Notes under the pieces: model-generated
What the model saw: the letters and a program-made list of their open reading frames with translations, nothing else
Databases searched by the model: none
Told to the model about the DNA's origin: nothing
Source: Xylanibacter ruminicola 23
Lineage (GTDB): Bacteria > Bacteroidota > Bacteroidia > Bacteroidales > Bacteroidaceae
Direction: 5' to 3'
Length of the DNA: 32,000 nt
Assembly (NCBI RefSeq): GCF_000025925.1
Contig: NC_014033.1
Span: 3,180,001-3,212,000 of the forward strand
Part shown: piece after piece, positions 17,975 to 24,220 of the stretch
Layout: each line of letters begins with the position of its first letter
Position numbering within the stretch: the stretch's first letter is position 1
Program-made: the position numbers and the translations under genes

Positions 17975-19777
17975 TTACTTCTTTTTCTTTCGTGGTTTGC
18001 GCATGGCCCAGCCCTCTTCGCTAAAGTCGGGCTCCTTGCCTTTCAGTTCGCGTGGTGCCTTGCCCATCAGCTCGCGCCAGTTATCTTTCTTCTGGCGCTT
18101 GGGCTTGGCTGAACGCTCGCCGCCCTTGCCCTGTCGCTCGCCGCCCTTGCTGGCGTCGTCGGCGTCGTTGCAACGCACCGTCTGACCCTTGTAGCGGATA
18201 CCTGTCAGCTGCAGCATTACCTTCTTGGCATCCTTTTCGGGCACCTCAAAGTACGAAATGCTATCCAGCAGGTCGATATGGCCCACCTCCTGGCGTCCGC
18301 CCACAAATCGGTTCAGCGTCTGCATCAGCTCGCCTGGGTAGAAACCGTTGCGCTTACCAAGGTTGATAAACAGTCGGCGGTAACCCTTCTGCGGCTTGTT
18401 CTGCAACTTCTGCTTGTCGCTCTGCTGGCGTCGGTCCTTCTTTTCAGGCACCACAGGCTCAATCTCTGGTGCGTCGGCATAGTAGGCCAGGAACTTGCCA
18501 AACTCAAGCGATACAATCTTCTTAATCAGCTCGTCCTTGTCGATATACTCAAAGTAGCGGTTGATATCCTGCATGAATGGGGCAATCTCCTCATCGTCAA
18601 CGTCGGTCTTAACAATCTGGTCCATCACCTTATAGAGCTGCTTTTTGCAGATCTCTTCGGCCGATGGAATCTCGGCCTTTACAAACTCTTTGCCGATAAT
18701 CTTCTCGATGTTACGGATCTTGAACTTTTCGCGACTGTGTACAATCGAGATAGATGTACCTTTCTTGCCCGCACGGCCTGTACGACCTGAGCGATGGGTG
18801 TAGCTCTCGATGTCATCAGGCAGTCCGAAGTTAATCACGTGCGTCAAGTCGTCAACGTCCAGTCCGCGTGCAGCCACATCGGTAGCTACCAGCAGCTGTG
18901 TCAGGTGGTTGCGGAACTTCTGCATCGTCTGGTCGCGCTGCTGTTGGTTCAGGTCGCCATGCAGCGATTCGGCATTGTAGCCGTCTTTAATCAGCTTGTC
19001 GGCCACCTCTTGTGTCTCTACCTTGGTGCGACAGAAGATAATAGCAAAGATGCGTGGATAGAAGTCTACGATTCGTTTCAGCGCCAGGTATTTATCCTTG
19101 GCGTTCACCATATAATAGATGTGGTTAACGCTCTCGGCGCCCTCGTTGCGGCTGCCTACAACTATCTCTTTGTAGTCGTGCAGATACTTCTTAGCTACAC
19201 GCTCCACCTCTTTGCTCATAGTGGCCGAGAACATCAGCGTGTGATGATCGGCCGAGAGCGACTCGAATATCTCGTTGATACTGTCTGAGAAGCCCATATT
19301 CAGCATCTCATCAGCCTCGTCGAGCACAATGTTAGTTACCTGCTCCAGGCGGGCAATGCCGCGATGCATCAGGTCAACCAGTCGGCCTGGTGTGGCCACG
19401 ATAATCTCCACACCCTTTTTCAGAGCACGCATCTGCGGCTCGATGGCAGCGCCACCATACACGGCCTCTACATGCACGCCATCCATATATTTGGCAAAGT
19501 CGCGCAGGTCGTCGGCTATCTGCAGGCACAGCTCACGTGTTGGCGAGAGCACCAGTGCCTGTGTGTAGCGCTGCGTTGTGTCGATGCGCTCAAGCAATGG
19601 AATGCCGAACGCTGCTGTTTTTCCGGTACCAGTCTGGGCCAGGGCTATCACATCATTTTCGTTGCCCAGCAGGTATGGTATTACCGCCTCTTGTACAGGC
19701 ATCGGATGTACAAACCCTAACTCTTCGATGGCTTTGCGAATCTGCTCGCAAACGCCTAATTCTTCAAATGTCTTCAT
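17975..19777 (-). CDS. DEAD-box ATP-dependent RNA helicase (DeaD/CsdA-like, with DbpA-type C-terminal domain and basic tail)
   Basis: 600 aa. Q-motif region, AQTGTGKTAAF, VLDEADEML, SAT, HRSGRTGRAG. C-terminal RNA-binding-like domain followed by a K/R-rich tail ending RKPRKKKK. Confidence 0.92.
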   Translation of the reverse strand: MKTFEELGVCEQIRKAIEELGFVHPMPVQEAVIPYLLGNENDVIALAQTGTGKTAAFGIPLLERIDTTQRYTQALVLSPTRELCLQIADDLRDFAKYMDGVHVEAVYGGAAIEPQMRALKKGVEIIVATPGRLVDLMHRGIARLEQVTNIVLDEADEMLNMGFSDSINEIFESLSADHHTLMFSATMSKEVERVAKKYLHDYKEIVVGSRNEGAESVNHIYYMVNAKDKYLALKRIVDFYPRIFAIIFCRTKVETQEVADKLIKDGYNAESLHGDLNQQQRDQTMQKFRNHLTQLLVATDVAARGLDVDDLTHVINFGLPDDIESYTHRSGRTGRAGKKGTSISIVHSREKFKIRNIEKIIGKEFVKAEIPSAEEICKKQLYKVMDQIVKTDVDDEEIAPFMQDINRYFEYIDKDELIKKIVSLEFGKFLAYYADAPEIEPVVPEKKDRRQQSDKQKLQNKPQKGYRRLFINLGKRNGFYPGELMQTLNRFVGGRQEVGHIDLLDSISYFEVPEKDAKKVMLQLTGIRYKGQTVRCNDADDASKGGERQGKGGERSAKPKRQKKDNWRELMGKAPRELKGKEPDFSEEGWAMRKPRKKKK

Positions 19778-19786
19778 TAAATAAAT

Positions 19787-20581
19787 TTATCTTACTACTT
19801 CTGTAAATTCTGGCTTGCCGCCCTTTTCTACGGTTACGTAGATGGTAGCGGTGGCCTCTTTGCCGTTCATGCCGCGACTTTTTACCTTAAACTCATAGTC
19901 GGTGCCATCGGGCGTTTCGCGCTTACCTACTGTCTGAGGTGTGCCGAGAGGGAACTGATAGCTCGAGCAGGCGGCGTCAAACAGCGCCTTCTCGGCATCG
20001 GTTACGGGCTTCTGTGCTGTATAGGCTGGCAGGGCTTTTACTGCGCCCTTCTTGTAGCCGTTCTCTGTCAGGAAACGGTTCAGCTCTTTGGCTGCTTTAG
20101 CCACGCGGGCTGTACGTACGCCATAGCCCTGGGCAATCTTGGCCTTGGGCAGTGCCTTCTTCAGGTCGGCCGATGATGTGTTCAGTCCGCCGCTGCCAAA
20201 GGTGCAGAAGGGCACAATCGTCTTACCTGGAAAATCCTGCCCGTTCAGCAGTGTTACAATCGGGTTGGCATAGGTGCCATACCAGATGGGGTATCCTAAA
20301 AAGATGACATCGTACTTGCTCAAGTCGCTCTTGAGGGGCTTGATGGCGGGCCACTCACCGTTTTGGCGCTCTTTGTTGCCACGCTGTACGGTAGCCTGAA
20401 AATCGCCTGTATAAGGCTCAACAGCCTCTACGGCTTCGATGTCAGCACCCAGTTGTTTCTGGATTTCCTCGGCTACGGTCTTGGTTGTACCATTCTCTGA
20501 GTAGTAAAGCACCAGCTTCTGCTGTGCATAACTCGTTGCAATGCCTGTAATCATTGCCAATGATAAAAATAGTTTTCGCAT
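19787..20581 (-). CDS. Exported flavodoxin-like protein with a C-terminal extra domain
   Basis: The start is placed at MRKLFLSLAMITGIATSYAQ (signal peptide). Flavodoxin-like core LVLYYSENGTTKTVAEEI...VIFLGYPIWYGT...IVPFCTFGSGG, then a ~85-aa C-terminal domain of unknown type. It sits 9 nt upstream of the helicase gene. Confidence 0.7.
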   Translation of the reverse strand: MRKLFLSLAMITGIATSYAQQKLVLYYSENGTTKTVAEEIQKQLGADIEAVEAVEPYTGDFQATVQRGNKERQNGEWPAIKPLKSDLSKYDVIFLGYPIWYGTYANPIVTLLNGQDFPGKTIVPFCTFGSGGLNTSSADLKKALPKAKIAQGYGVRTARVAKAAKELNRFLTENGYKKGAVKALPAYTAQKPVTDAEKALFDAACSSYQFPLGTPQTVGKRETPDGTDYEFKVKSRGMNGKEATATIYVTVEKGGKPEFTEVVR

Positions 20582-20613
20582 AATAATTTTGTATAATTGT
20601 CTATAATCGTTTG

Positions 20614-20621
20614 CAAAGATA
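20614..20621 (-). promoter_or_regulatory. -7 promoter box (TATCTTTG) for the flavodoxin-like/helicase unit
   Basis: Reverse complement of caaagata, 33 nt upstream of the 20581 start. Confidence 0.55.
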
Positions 20622-20633
20622 CAAAATAATTTG

Positions 20634-20641
20634 TAATTTTG
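20634..20641 (+). promoter_or_regulatory. -7 promoter box (TAATTTTG) for the LOG-family gene
   Basis: Exact TAnnTTTG motif. The ATG at 20650 begins only 9 nt after the box. Confidence 0.45.
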
Positions 20642-20649
20642 CAAGCATT

Positions 20650-21183
20650 ATGAAAATATGTGTGTTTTGTTCTGCCAACGAGCAGATTGATGCCGAGTTT
20701 TTTACGCTTACGGCCGAGCTTGGCAAGTGGGCGGCTGAGAGTGGTCATAGCATCGTGTATGGCGGTGTTAACCAGGGCCTGATGGAGTGTGTGGCCAAGG
20801 CTGCCAAAACGGCTGGCGGCCGTACCATCGGTGTGGTGCCTACCAAGGTAGAAGAAACGGGACGCACCAGCGATTACGTAGAGATAGAGATACCTTGCGA
20901 TAACCTGACCGACCGCAAGCAGCTGATGATGGACCAGAGCGACGTGTTTATCGCCCTGCCTGGCGGCATCGGCACGCTCGATGAGGTGTTTACTGTTGCC
21001 GCATCGGCCACCATCGGCTATCACCACAAGCCTGTTATCCTTTATAACATGAAAGGCTTCTGGGATCAGTTGATAGCCCTGATGGACGATCTGCAGGCCC
21101 GCGGCATGATTCGCGGCGATTGGCACCAGTACATCAAAGTGGCCAACAGCTTAGACGACATCAAAACTCTTTGCAGTTGCTAA
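20650..21183 (+). CDS. LOG-family protein (TIGR00730-type nucleotide 5'-monophosphate nucleosidase / cytokinin riboside phosphoribohydrolase-like)
   Basis: The start is placed at MKICVFCSAN. Motifs YGGVNQGLMECV and LPGGIGTLDEV (PGGxGTxxE). Confidence 0.85.
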   Translation: MKICVFCSANEQIDAEFFTLTAELGKWAAESGHSIVYGGVNQGLMECVAKAAKTAGGRTIGVVPTKVEETGRTSDYVEIEIPCDNLTDRKQLMMDQSDVFIALPGGIGTLDEVFTVAASATIGYHHKPVILYNMKGFWDQLIALMDDLQARGMIRGDWHQYIKVANSLDDIKTLCSC

Positions 21184-21193
21184 GCAACTCAAA

Positions 21194-21228
21194 AAGCCCC
21201 CAAGAGTTTTTGGGACTCTTGAGGGCTT
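21194..21228. terminator. Bidirectional terminator hairpin between the LOG gene and the small-peptide gene
   Basis: aagcccccaagagt / actcttgagggctt stem (one bulge) with a 7-nt loop, flanked by an A-run upstream. Confidence 0.7.
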
Positions 21229-21236
21229 CTTAAGGT

Positions 21237-21341
21237 TTACAGGCTGCCCACACAACTGGTGGCGCCCAGGGCCGTTACAATCGCAGTGGCGATGCTGGCA
21301 ATCATCTGTAGGATGAACTTCATGGTTTCTTTCTTACTCAT
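21237..21341 (-). CDS. 34-aa single-pass membrane peptide ('smalltalk'-like small protein), absent from the supplied ORF track
   Basis: Hand translation of the minus strand gives MSKKETMKFILQMIASIATAIVTALGATSCVGSL followed by a stop. It has a charged N-terminus, a ~20-aa hydrophobic helix and a short SC-containing tail. It lies directly downstream of the HU-like gene, an arrangement I recall for the PGAP 'smalltalk protein' family in Bacteroidales. Confidence 0.6.
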   Translation of the reverse strand: MSKKETMKFILQMIASIATAIVTALGATSCVGSL

Positions 21342-21418
21342 AATGGTTAATGTTTAATGTTTAATGTTTAATGTTTAATCTTTAATGTTTAATGTTTAAT
21401 CTTTAATGTTTCATGTTA
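21342..21418 (-). repeat. Tandem heptad array, about 10 units of (C/G)ATTAAA, filling the HU-to-small-peptide spacer
   Basis: The minus strand reads cttaacatgaaacattaaagattaaacattaaacattaaagattaaacattaaacattaaacattaaccatt and runs directly into the ATG at 21341. Confidence 0.95.
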
Positions 21419-21442
21419 AGCGGGGGGCCTAAGCCCCAGCCG

Positions 21443-21982
21443 CTAATCGCCGATGGGTTCTTTACTGCCGCCGCCGGTGTTGCCACCCTGATTGCCGCTA
21501 CCCGAACCTCCACCGTTCGAGGGCTGATTGCCGCTTGGATTGGTGGGCTCATCATCTTCATCTTTGTAGTCGGTGAAGTTCTTAGGCAACTCGGTTACGT
21601 TACCAGCCTTGGTAAGCTCCTGTCGGGTAAACTCGCCAGTGGCACGGGCGCGCAGGTACACGCTGTCGATGTGCTTGGTGGTCGAGAAATCCTCGCTCTT
21701 CAGGGCACCGCCCTTGGCAGTCTCGATACCTGCCGAGAAGATAGCCAGGTTAGGCAGCTTAACGGCCTTGCCCTCCAGCACCAACTCGCGGATACATTCT
21801 ACCATGTCGGTCAGCATACCCTTGATGGCTCCCTTAGAGTAGGGCGTGTTGTGGCTCGACATGTGCTTGGCCAGCTCGTCCAGATCGATGGTTTTGCCGA
21901 TGGTAACGGCGCGTGCAAACCAACGTCCGTAAACGGCACTCTGCTTGTTCTTGTTCTGATACTTACGATAAAATACACTCAT
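21443..21982 (-). CDS. HU-family (Bacteroidales HU_HIG-like) DNA-binding protein with a Gly/Asn/Ser-rich tail
   Basis: 179 aa. N-terminus MSVFYRKYQNKNKQSAVYGRWFARAV... and core GAIKGMLTDMVECIRELVLEGKAVKLPNLAIFSAGIE are typical of the long HU-like proteins of Bacteroides/Prevotella. Low-complexity C-terminus SNGGGSGSGNQGGNTGGGS. Confidence 0.8.
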   Translation of the reverse strand: MSVFYRKYQNKNKQSAVYGRWFARAVTIGKTIDLDELAKHMSSHNTPYSKGAIKGMLTDMVECIRELVLEGKAVKLPNLAIFSAGIETAKGGALKSEDFSTTKHIDSVYLRARATGEFTRQELTKAGNVTELPKNFTDYKDEDDEPTNPSGNQPSNGGGSGSGNQGGNTGGGSKEPIGD

Positions 21983-22017
21983 AATGGTTAAAATTTAAAT
22001 GGTTAATACTAATGTTG

Positions 22018-22036
22018 TTTTGACGATGCAAAGGTA
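22018..22036 (-). promoter_or_regulatory. Promoter of the HU-like gene (TACCTTTG box plus conserved start region), paralogous to 24144-24162
   Basis: The minus strand reads TACCTTTGCATCGTCAAAA, a 19-nt sequence identical to 24144-24162 on the plus strand. The box is 47 nt upstream of the HU ATG. Confidence 0.6.
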
Positions 22037-22106
22037 CAACATTTTTGGTGCGAAACCAAATCCACAGGCCCTTGCACTGCAAAAATTTGTTAACGCTACG
22101 TTTACG

Positions 22107-22218
22107 CCTCGCAAACATAATATTTGCCCCTCGCAAACGCACCGTTTACAAATCGCAACAGCCCCGCATACTTTGTGACTGTGATTCTGTGACAATAAGC
22201 CCCTCTCGCAAATCGCAG
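22107..22218. repeat. Phased TCGCAA repeats (CCTCGCAAAC x2, plus AATCGCAAC, CTCGCAAATCGCA)
   Basis: TCGCA(A) starts at 22109, 22131 and 22153 (exact 22-bp phasing), and again at 22206 and 22213. Confidence 0.8.
22174..22194 (+). promoter_or_regulatory. Bipartite site TGTGAC-N8-TGTGACA (copy 1)
   Basis: tgtgactgtgattctgtgaca. It is near-identical, spacer included, to copy 3 at 27172-27193. Confidence 0.6.
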
Positions 22219-22238
22219 CCACAACCCATCCGTATAGT

Positions 22239-22275
22239 TTAAAAATAATATAATAAATTATTATATTATTTTTAA
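22239..22275. repeat. Perfect 37-bp all-A/T palindrome (18-bp arms around a central A)
   Basis: ttaaaaataatataataaattattatattatttttaa. I checked base by base that positions 22239-22256 pair with 22275-22258. Confidence 0.95.
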
Positions 22276-22308
22276 GTACCCATCGGCACCATTATCGTAC
22301 CACCTTAA

Positions 22309-22330
22309 TGTCACAAAGTCAAAAGTCACA
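22309..22330 (-). promoter_or_regulatory. Bipartite site TGTGAC-N9-TGTGACA (copy 2, inverted orientation)
   Basis: The plus strand tgtcacaaagtcaaaagtcaca has reverse complement tgtgacttttgactttgtgaca. Confidence 0.55.
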
Positions 22331-22399
22331 GAGTACAGAATGAATCATTAAAAAGCCATAAATTTCGGTCAGAATGATTGCAGAATAAGATAGAATGTT

Positions 22400-22407
22400 T
22401 AAATTTG
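22400..22407 (+). promoter_or_regulatory. -7 promoter box (TAAATTTG) for the 326-aa/188-aa gene pair
   Basis: Exact TAnnTTTG motif 29 nt upstream of the ATG at 22436. Confidence 0.5.
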
Positions 22408-22435
22408 CAGTCTTAAAAAATTAGAATGAGCAACT

Positions 22436-23416
22436 ATGGCACAGATAGAAACAGCCAGTGTGGAACTGGCGTGGGTTGAGAAAAATTTCTTTAAAGGGGC
22501 AGGTTTGGATAAGGCCAGCCGTTTGAAGGGTGATGAGCGCAGGGCTTATAGGCTTGCGCAAGTTGAGCGATTACTGGCAACGCCATGCGGATATACTACA
22601 GCAGCAATATGGTTGTCGGATAGGTTCTGGACGGCCGAAGAAGGCAGGAAGATATATGAAAAAGACCCTAATCCGCTGTTGCTGCTGAAGGAACAGCAAA
22701 CACTAGAGGATGACGAAATGGCGCGCTTGCGACTGATACTGGAGGTGGCCGGCTTGTGCCACGACCTGAGTTTGCACTATACGTTCAACCTGGATGACGC
22801 TTTCGGTGTTGAGAACAATTTCTGGGCGTCGAACAAGCAGTTAGTAGAGTGGCTTACAACAACCGAATATGAAAACATAGCAATGCACACGGCATATATT
22901 ATGAAGAAGTATGCTACTGGTGTGTATGCATGTGGTCGCTACCAACCTGCGCAAGATGCGCTGGCCGAACTTTTTTCGGTAGAGTATGGCAAACTTATAC
23001 GCGAACCTGAAAGAACAGAAATGCCCTCGCGTGCTTATGTTAAGATTGTTCTTGACGAGTTGATACGTATAGATGAGCATTGGAAGCAGGGGCGTAAGAA
23101 GAGGTTGAGACCAGATTTGATACTTCTTCACGACGAAATATATGGCGTGGTGCCCAACCAGTTTGACAATGATGTACTGAAGGCCGCAAAGGCGCTCTAC
23201 AATTATATGGACAACGATGTGTACGGGCGAATGGTAGGTAACAATCCTTTTGGGCCTGAGGCGCTGAAGCTCTTTGCTAAAAAGGTTCGTGAGGTTCGTG
23301 CTGAGTATTTGGCTGAAGGTTGGGTTGCCGACGATTCGTTGGAGTTTGCCTATTTGATGGCTCATGCCGAGAGTTGTGCTAATGGTTGGTGGCGAGAGGA
23401 GGACGAAGCCTTATGA
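22436..23416 (+). CDS. Hypothetical protein, 326 aa, no recognisable domain
   Basis: Long clean ORF with its own promoter box and balanced composition. I could find no Walker, nuclease, HTH or transmembrane signatures. Its stop overlaps the next start (ATGA at 23413-23416). Confidence 0.7.
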   Translation: MAQIETASVELAWVEKNFFKGAGLDKASRLKGDERRAYRLAQVERLLATPCGYTTAAIWLSDRFWTAEEGRKIYEKDPNPLLLLKEQQTLEDDEMARLRLILEVAGLCHDLSLHYTFNLDDAFGVENNFWASNKQLVEWLTTTEYENIAMHTAYIMKKYATGVYACGRYQPAQDALAELFSVEYGKLIREPERTEMPSRAYVKIVLDELIRIDEHWKQGRKKRLRPDLILLHDEIYGVVPNQFDNDVLKAAKALYNYMDNDVYGRMVGNNPFGPEALKLFAKKVREVRAEYLAEGWVADDSLEFAYLMAHAESCANGWWREEDEAL

Positions 23417-23979
23417 TGAGTAGTAATCGTAGCGACTATAAGTCGGCTTCGGAATGGCTATCTACACTTATACACGATGAGGCGTGGCTCACTCAACAAC
23501 AGCAGCTACAATCCTCAACTGCTGCCGATGCAAACGTACATCGCGACGCAGCCATCAGGCGTATTGGTATAGGTGAGACTTATGAGTTCTGGGAAATCCA
23601 CGGCCATCAGGTGGAGAAGGCGGTTAGCGAGGTTTGGGAGATAGCAGAGTTGTCGCTCCCAAAACTAAAGATTCAAACCATCGGCATGCTTTCGATGGCA
23701 TGGCTTGAGCAGCATACAGATGCACAATTAGACACAAAGCAGCAACAAGAAGTGGTTGAGAAACTGGCGCCCATATTTTTTGGACAGACAGAAGCAGCAA
23801 GAGAGTTTCTGGTGAGCATCAAAGGCATGAAGCCCACGCAGATTACCAACATGGTAAACCAGTTGGTATGCGATAAAAAAATATCGGAACTATCCATGCA
23901 TCGCGACTTGTGGCAGGTGTTGCACGACTATAAAATCTATACCAAATCGGAATCTAACTGGAATATGCAGGTAAAATAA
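23413..23979 (+). CDS. Hypothetical protein, 188 aa, Gln-rich with a helical C-terminal module
   Basis: The start is placed at the ATG of the ATGA overlap (MMSSNRSDYK...). The C-terminus PTQITNMVNQLVCDKKISELSMHRDLWQVLHDYKIYTKSESNWNMQV looks like a small HTH-like module, but the family is not identified. Confidence 0.65.
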   Translation: MMSSNRSDYKSASEWLSTLIHDEAWLTQQQQLQSSTAADANVHRDAAIRRIGIGETYEFWEIHGHQVEKAVSEVWEIAELSLPKLKIQTIGMLSMAWLEQHTDAQLDTKQQQEVVEKLAPIFFGQTEAAREFLVSIKGMKPTQITNMVNQLVCDKKISELSMHRDLWQVLHDYKIYTKSESNWNMQVK

Positions 23980-24005
23980 TTACTGCCCTAAAAAGTATTT
24001 AAACT

Positions 24006-24037
24006 AAGGAATCGGCGCTTGTCGGTTCCTTTTTTTG
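24006..24037 (+). terminator. Rho-independent terminator of the two-gene unit
   Basis: 9-bp stem aaggaatcg / cggttcctt (one G-U pair), 8-nt loop, followed by TTTTTT. Confidence 0.75.
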
Positions 24038-24044
24038 TATCTAT

Positions 24045-24094
24045 ACTTGTACAAAAACTTGTGTACGACTTGTATAAACTTGTAATTACTTGTA
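24045..24094 (+). repeat. Five direct ACTTGT(A/G) iterons at helical phasing
   Basis: Copies start at 24045, 24057, 24068, 24078 and 24088, giving spacings of 12, 11, 10 and 10 bp. The array is 50-100 bp upstream of the 24144 promoter box. Confidence 0.9.
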
Positions 24095-24143
24095 AATCAA
24101 TAGTTTACGAGTGGATAATCTTTTTTATTAGCTAAAATCGTCT

Positions 24144-24162
24144 TACCTTTGCATCGTCAAAA
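24144..24162 (+). promoter_or_regulatory. Promoter (TACCTTTG box plus conserved start region) of the small-ORF/145-aa/primase-like/DUF5675-like unit
   Basis: TACCTTTGCATCGTCAAAA is identical to the HU promoter region. Similarity continues downstream (AACA..AGTATT.AC). Confidence 0.6.
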
Positions 24163-24220
24163 AACAAAAGTATTCACTAAAGGTCGCTTTAAGGAGGCGA
24201 CGTTAAATAAAAAAATAATT

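Noticed and set aside
20551-21126. 191-aa minus-strand ORF.
   Set aside because: It is antisense to the LOG-family gene (PGGxGTxxE motif on the plus strand). It also overlaps the divergent promoter region.
21342-21418. The tandem repeat array could be a CRISPR array or minisatellite-encoded gene.
   Set aside because: The units are 7 nt with no spacers, there are no cas genes, and the array is bounded by a stop codon and a start codon. It is treated as an intercistronic heptad leader instead.
21413-21991. 192-aa plus-strand ORF.
   Set aside because: It is exactly antisense to the HU-like gene, which has clear family motifs. Its sequence is Gly/Leu/Val-rich shadow-ORF-like.
21995-22242. 75-aa (minus) and 65-aa (plus) ORFs in the HU upstream region.
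   Set aside because: They overlap each other and lie upstream of the HU promoter box. They are built from the TCGCAA/CGTTTAC repeats and give Cys/Arg-rich improbable peptides.
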